DNA of 64,000 nt. Origin: an uncultured delta proteobacterium. GTDB lineage: Bacteria > Desulfobacterota > WTBG01. Made by a program: the position numbers and the translations under genes. Location of the stretch: the NCBI GenBank assembly GCA_963793865.1, contig CAWCBP010000014.1:224001-288000 (forward strand). Direction: 5' to 3'. Positions 62,954 to 64,000 of the stretch are shown piece by piece. Under the pieces are notes generated by a model. That model did no database searches. It worked only from the letters and a program-made list of their open reading frames with translations, and was not told the origin of the DNA. Position 1 is the first letter of the stretch; each line of letters starts with the position of its first letter.

Positions 62954-64000
62954 CTATTGGCTCTGGGGGCGATTGCTTCTCATGGTCTGCGGTGTAAATG
63001 GGCTCACCGTCTGGCTGTCAACCTGCTGCTGCTTTTTTCCAACAACGACTTCCAGCCCCTCTTTCAGATCCTCACTCCGCACCTCCGTCATGAAGCCGTC
63101 GGTCAGGCCGGTGCTGACGGTGATGGGATAGACGAGACCGCCATCCCGCACCCACACCGTGTCCTGATGATTTTTGGCCGGGTCCCGGCTTGATGATTGG
63201 CGGGCGTCTCTTTGGCTTGAGGTGCACTGATACCTCATGTGCCGCCGCCTCACGGTATTGCGGAACTACCTCATCAGGCAGGGGAGACCATCGCAGCGCG
63301 GCGTTCGGCACCAGCAGCACATTGGTCCGCCGGCCTATTTCAAACTGTACGTTTGCTGTGAGATACGGCAGAAGCCTGCCGCTGGAGTTGTCTGTGATTA
63401 CTTCCACGGTATAGGTAACCACATTCTGTGTCATGGAGGCATTGAGACGTATTTTCCCCACCTCGCCGTGGAATACCTCCCCGGGATAGGCATCAACGGT
63501 AAATCGTACCGGCTGGCCCGGGTGAATGGCGCCGATATCGGCCTCGTTGACAGATACCCAGACCTGCATGCGCTTGAGGTCCTTCGCGATCAGGAAAAGG
63601 CTCGGCGCGTTAAGGCTGGCAACGACGGTCTGCCCGATGTTCACCCTGCGATCGATGATGACACCGTTGACCGGTGACTTGATGGTGCAGTAGCCAAGGT
63701 TTCTTTGAGTCCGCTGCAGCGTTGCCTCTGCATGCGCGGCAGTTTTCCGGGCCTGCTGAATTGCCGCCTCGCCCACTGCCAGATTGGCTTTTGCCATCTC
63801 ATAAGCCGATCGGTACGCGTCATAACTTGCCTCTGACAGCGCATCAGAAGGTCCCAGCTTTTGGGCTCTTTCCCAGTCCCGTTCCGCCTGGTAGTGCTTG
63901 GCCTTCAGTTGCCCGAGGTCAGCCTCCGCACGCTTAACTCCTGCCTGTGCCTGCTGTAACTGGGCGTTTGCCATTGCCACATCCGCCGCGTATAATGAAT
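62954..64000 (-). CDS. MacA-like periplasmic adaptor (5' truncated; frameshift near 63190)
   Basis: IKSPVNGVII, GQTVVASLNAP, VNEADIG, and tail TGLTDG…EV in another frame. Confidence 0.85.

Overview
Bacterial genomic window, most likely from an anaerobic Desulfobacterota/deltaproteobacterium (inferred from gene content: rubrerythrin, ferredoxins, LpxL, RecD2, AspS-GatC). No rRNA, tRNA or CRISPR array was seen. The most striking element is a 13-kb co-oriented cluster (15174-28000). It encodes a DUF169 protein, a two-subunit nitrogenase-like reductase of DPOR/COR (BchNB/BchYZ) type with no Fe-protein partner, a MarR regulator and a His-rich metal-transport module. It also encodes two red-chlorophyll-catabolite-reductase/ferredoxin-dependent bilin reductase (RCCR/FDBR)-like paralogues, three 2x[4Fe-4S] ferredoxins, an SCP2 lipid-binding protein and a BchE-like B12 radical SAM enzyme, and is followed by metK-ahcY. 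Elsewhere in the window are a third FDBR-like protein with a lipoprotein signal and a ferrochelatase-like protein with an N-terminal extension. Together these suggest an undescribed anaerobic tetrapyrrole modification or degradation pathway, with no photosynthesis genes in the window. Other notable items: an aspS-gatC fusion operon whose GatA has lost its Ser-cisSer-Lys triad; three secreted enzymes sharing a Cys-rich dockerin-like C-terminal module, two of them followed by near-identical terminators; a stand-alone RpoD-like sigma factor; two MacAB(-TolC) sets, an RND pump and a NodIJ-like exporter; and several palindromic repeat families. Many genes carry indels (10.4-14.5 kb and 50.5-63.2 kb especially), which may be sequencing errors. 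All family assignments come from motif recognition by eye, not database searches.
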